A DNA stretch of 63,094 bases, filler included, from Octopus bimaculoides (Eukaryota), in the NCBI RefSeq assembly GCF_001194135.2. It is 4 parts of 3 records of this genome, joined end to end, with 100 filler letters (N's around TTAATTAATTAA, not from the genome) between each part and the next. Parts side by side here need not be neighbours in the genome. Positions count along the whole stretch, not along the records: positions 41,956 to 63,094 come from NC_068982.1; 3 more parts are not named here. One strand, given 5' to 3'. Positions within the stretch are counted from its first letter, which is position 1; the number at the start of each line of letters is the position of its first letter. This document shows positions 62,922-63,094 of this stretch, one piece after another. A program made the position numbers and the translations under genes. The notes beneath the pieces are model-generated. The model ran no database searches and had not been told where the DNA came from. It saw only the letters and a program-made list of their open reading frames with translations.

Positions 62922-63094
62922 ATATATATATACGGGACCTCTTGGTCCACAGCTTCTTCCCCAACCCAACCTCCCAACCTGGCTCGTTCCCCTGCTCCCG
63001 CCCACGCTGCCGCACTTGCCCTTACCTCTCCAACACCACCCTCCTCACCAGCCCCCATCACCGACCCTATCGCATCACCGACTCCTTCACCTGC

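Overview
This is AT-rich, microsatellite-dense eukaryotic DNA with about 10% N, and I found no intact host protein-coding gene. The tRNA-derived SINE families and repeat landscape point to an octopus (cephalopod) genome; that assignment is inference. Almost all ORFs in the supplied track are microsatellite or N-run artefacts, and the real coding remnants all belong to transposons. These are restriction-like-endonuclease (REL) non-LTR retrotransposons (R4/Dong-like and CRE), Penelope-like elements (RT, GIY-YIG, hammerhead-like cores), L1/Tx1, RTE and CR1/Jockey-type LINE fragments, Tc1/mariner, pogo, hAT and Mutator (MULE) DNA elements, and two LTR-like remnants. The main pattern is that different retrotransposon families sit in different microsatellites. 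One REL family is stacked three times head-to-tail in (CATA)n at 0.2-1.5 kb and recurs at 9.7-10.9 kb and 21.2-21.4 kb. Dong-like copies sit in (AAT)n at 52.8-58.0 kb, and a Tx1-like tail ends in (ATC)n. Other notable structures are a 422-bp Penelope-like mini-element with pseudo-LTRs, an inverted arm, a hammerhead-like core and a 13-bp TSD; a MULE with a clean 9-bp TSD inserted in a Dong RT motif; a SINE dimer inside one 12-bp TSD; and a telomere-like palindrome nested in a foldback element inside a hAT MITE. Three TTAATTAATTAA linkers inside 100-bp gaps are scaffolding artefacts.
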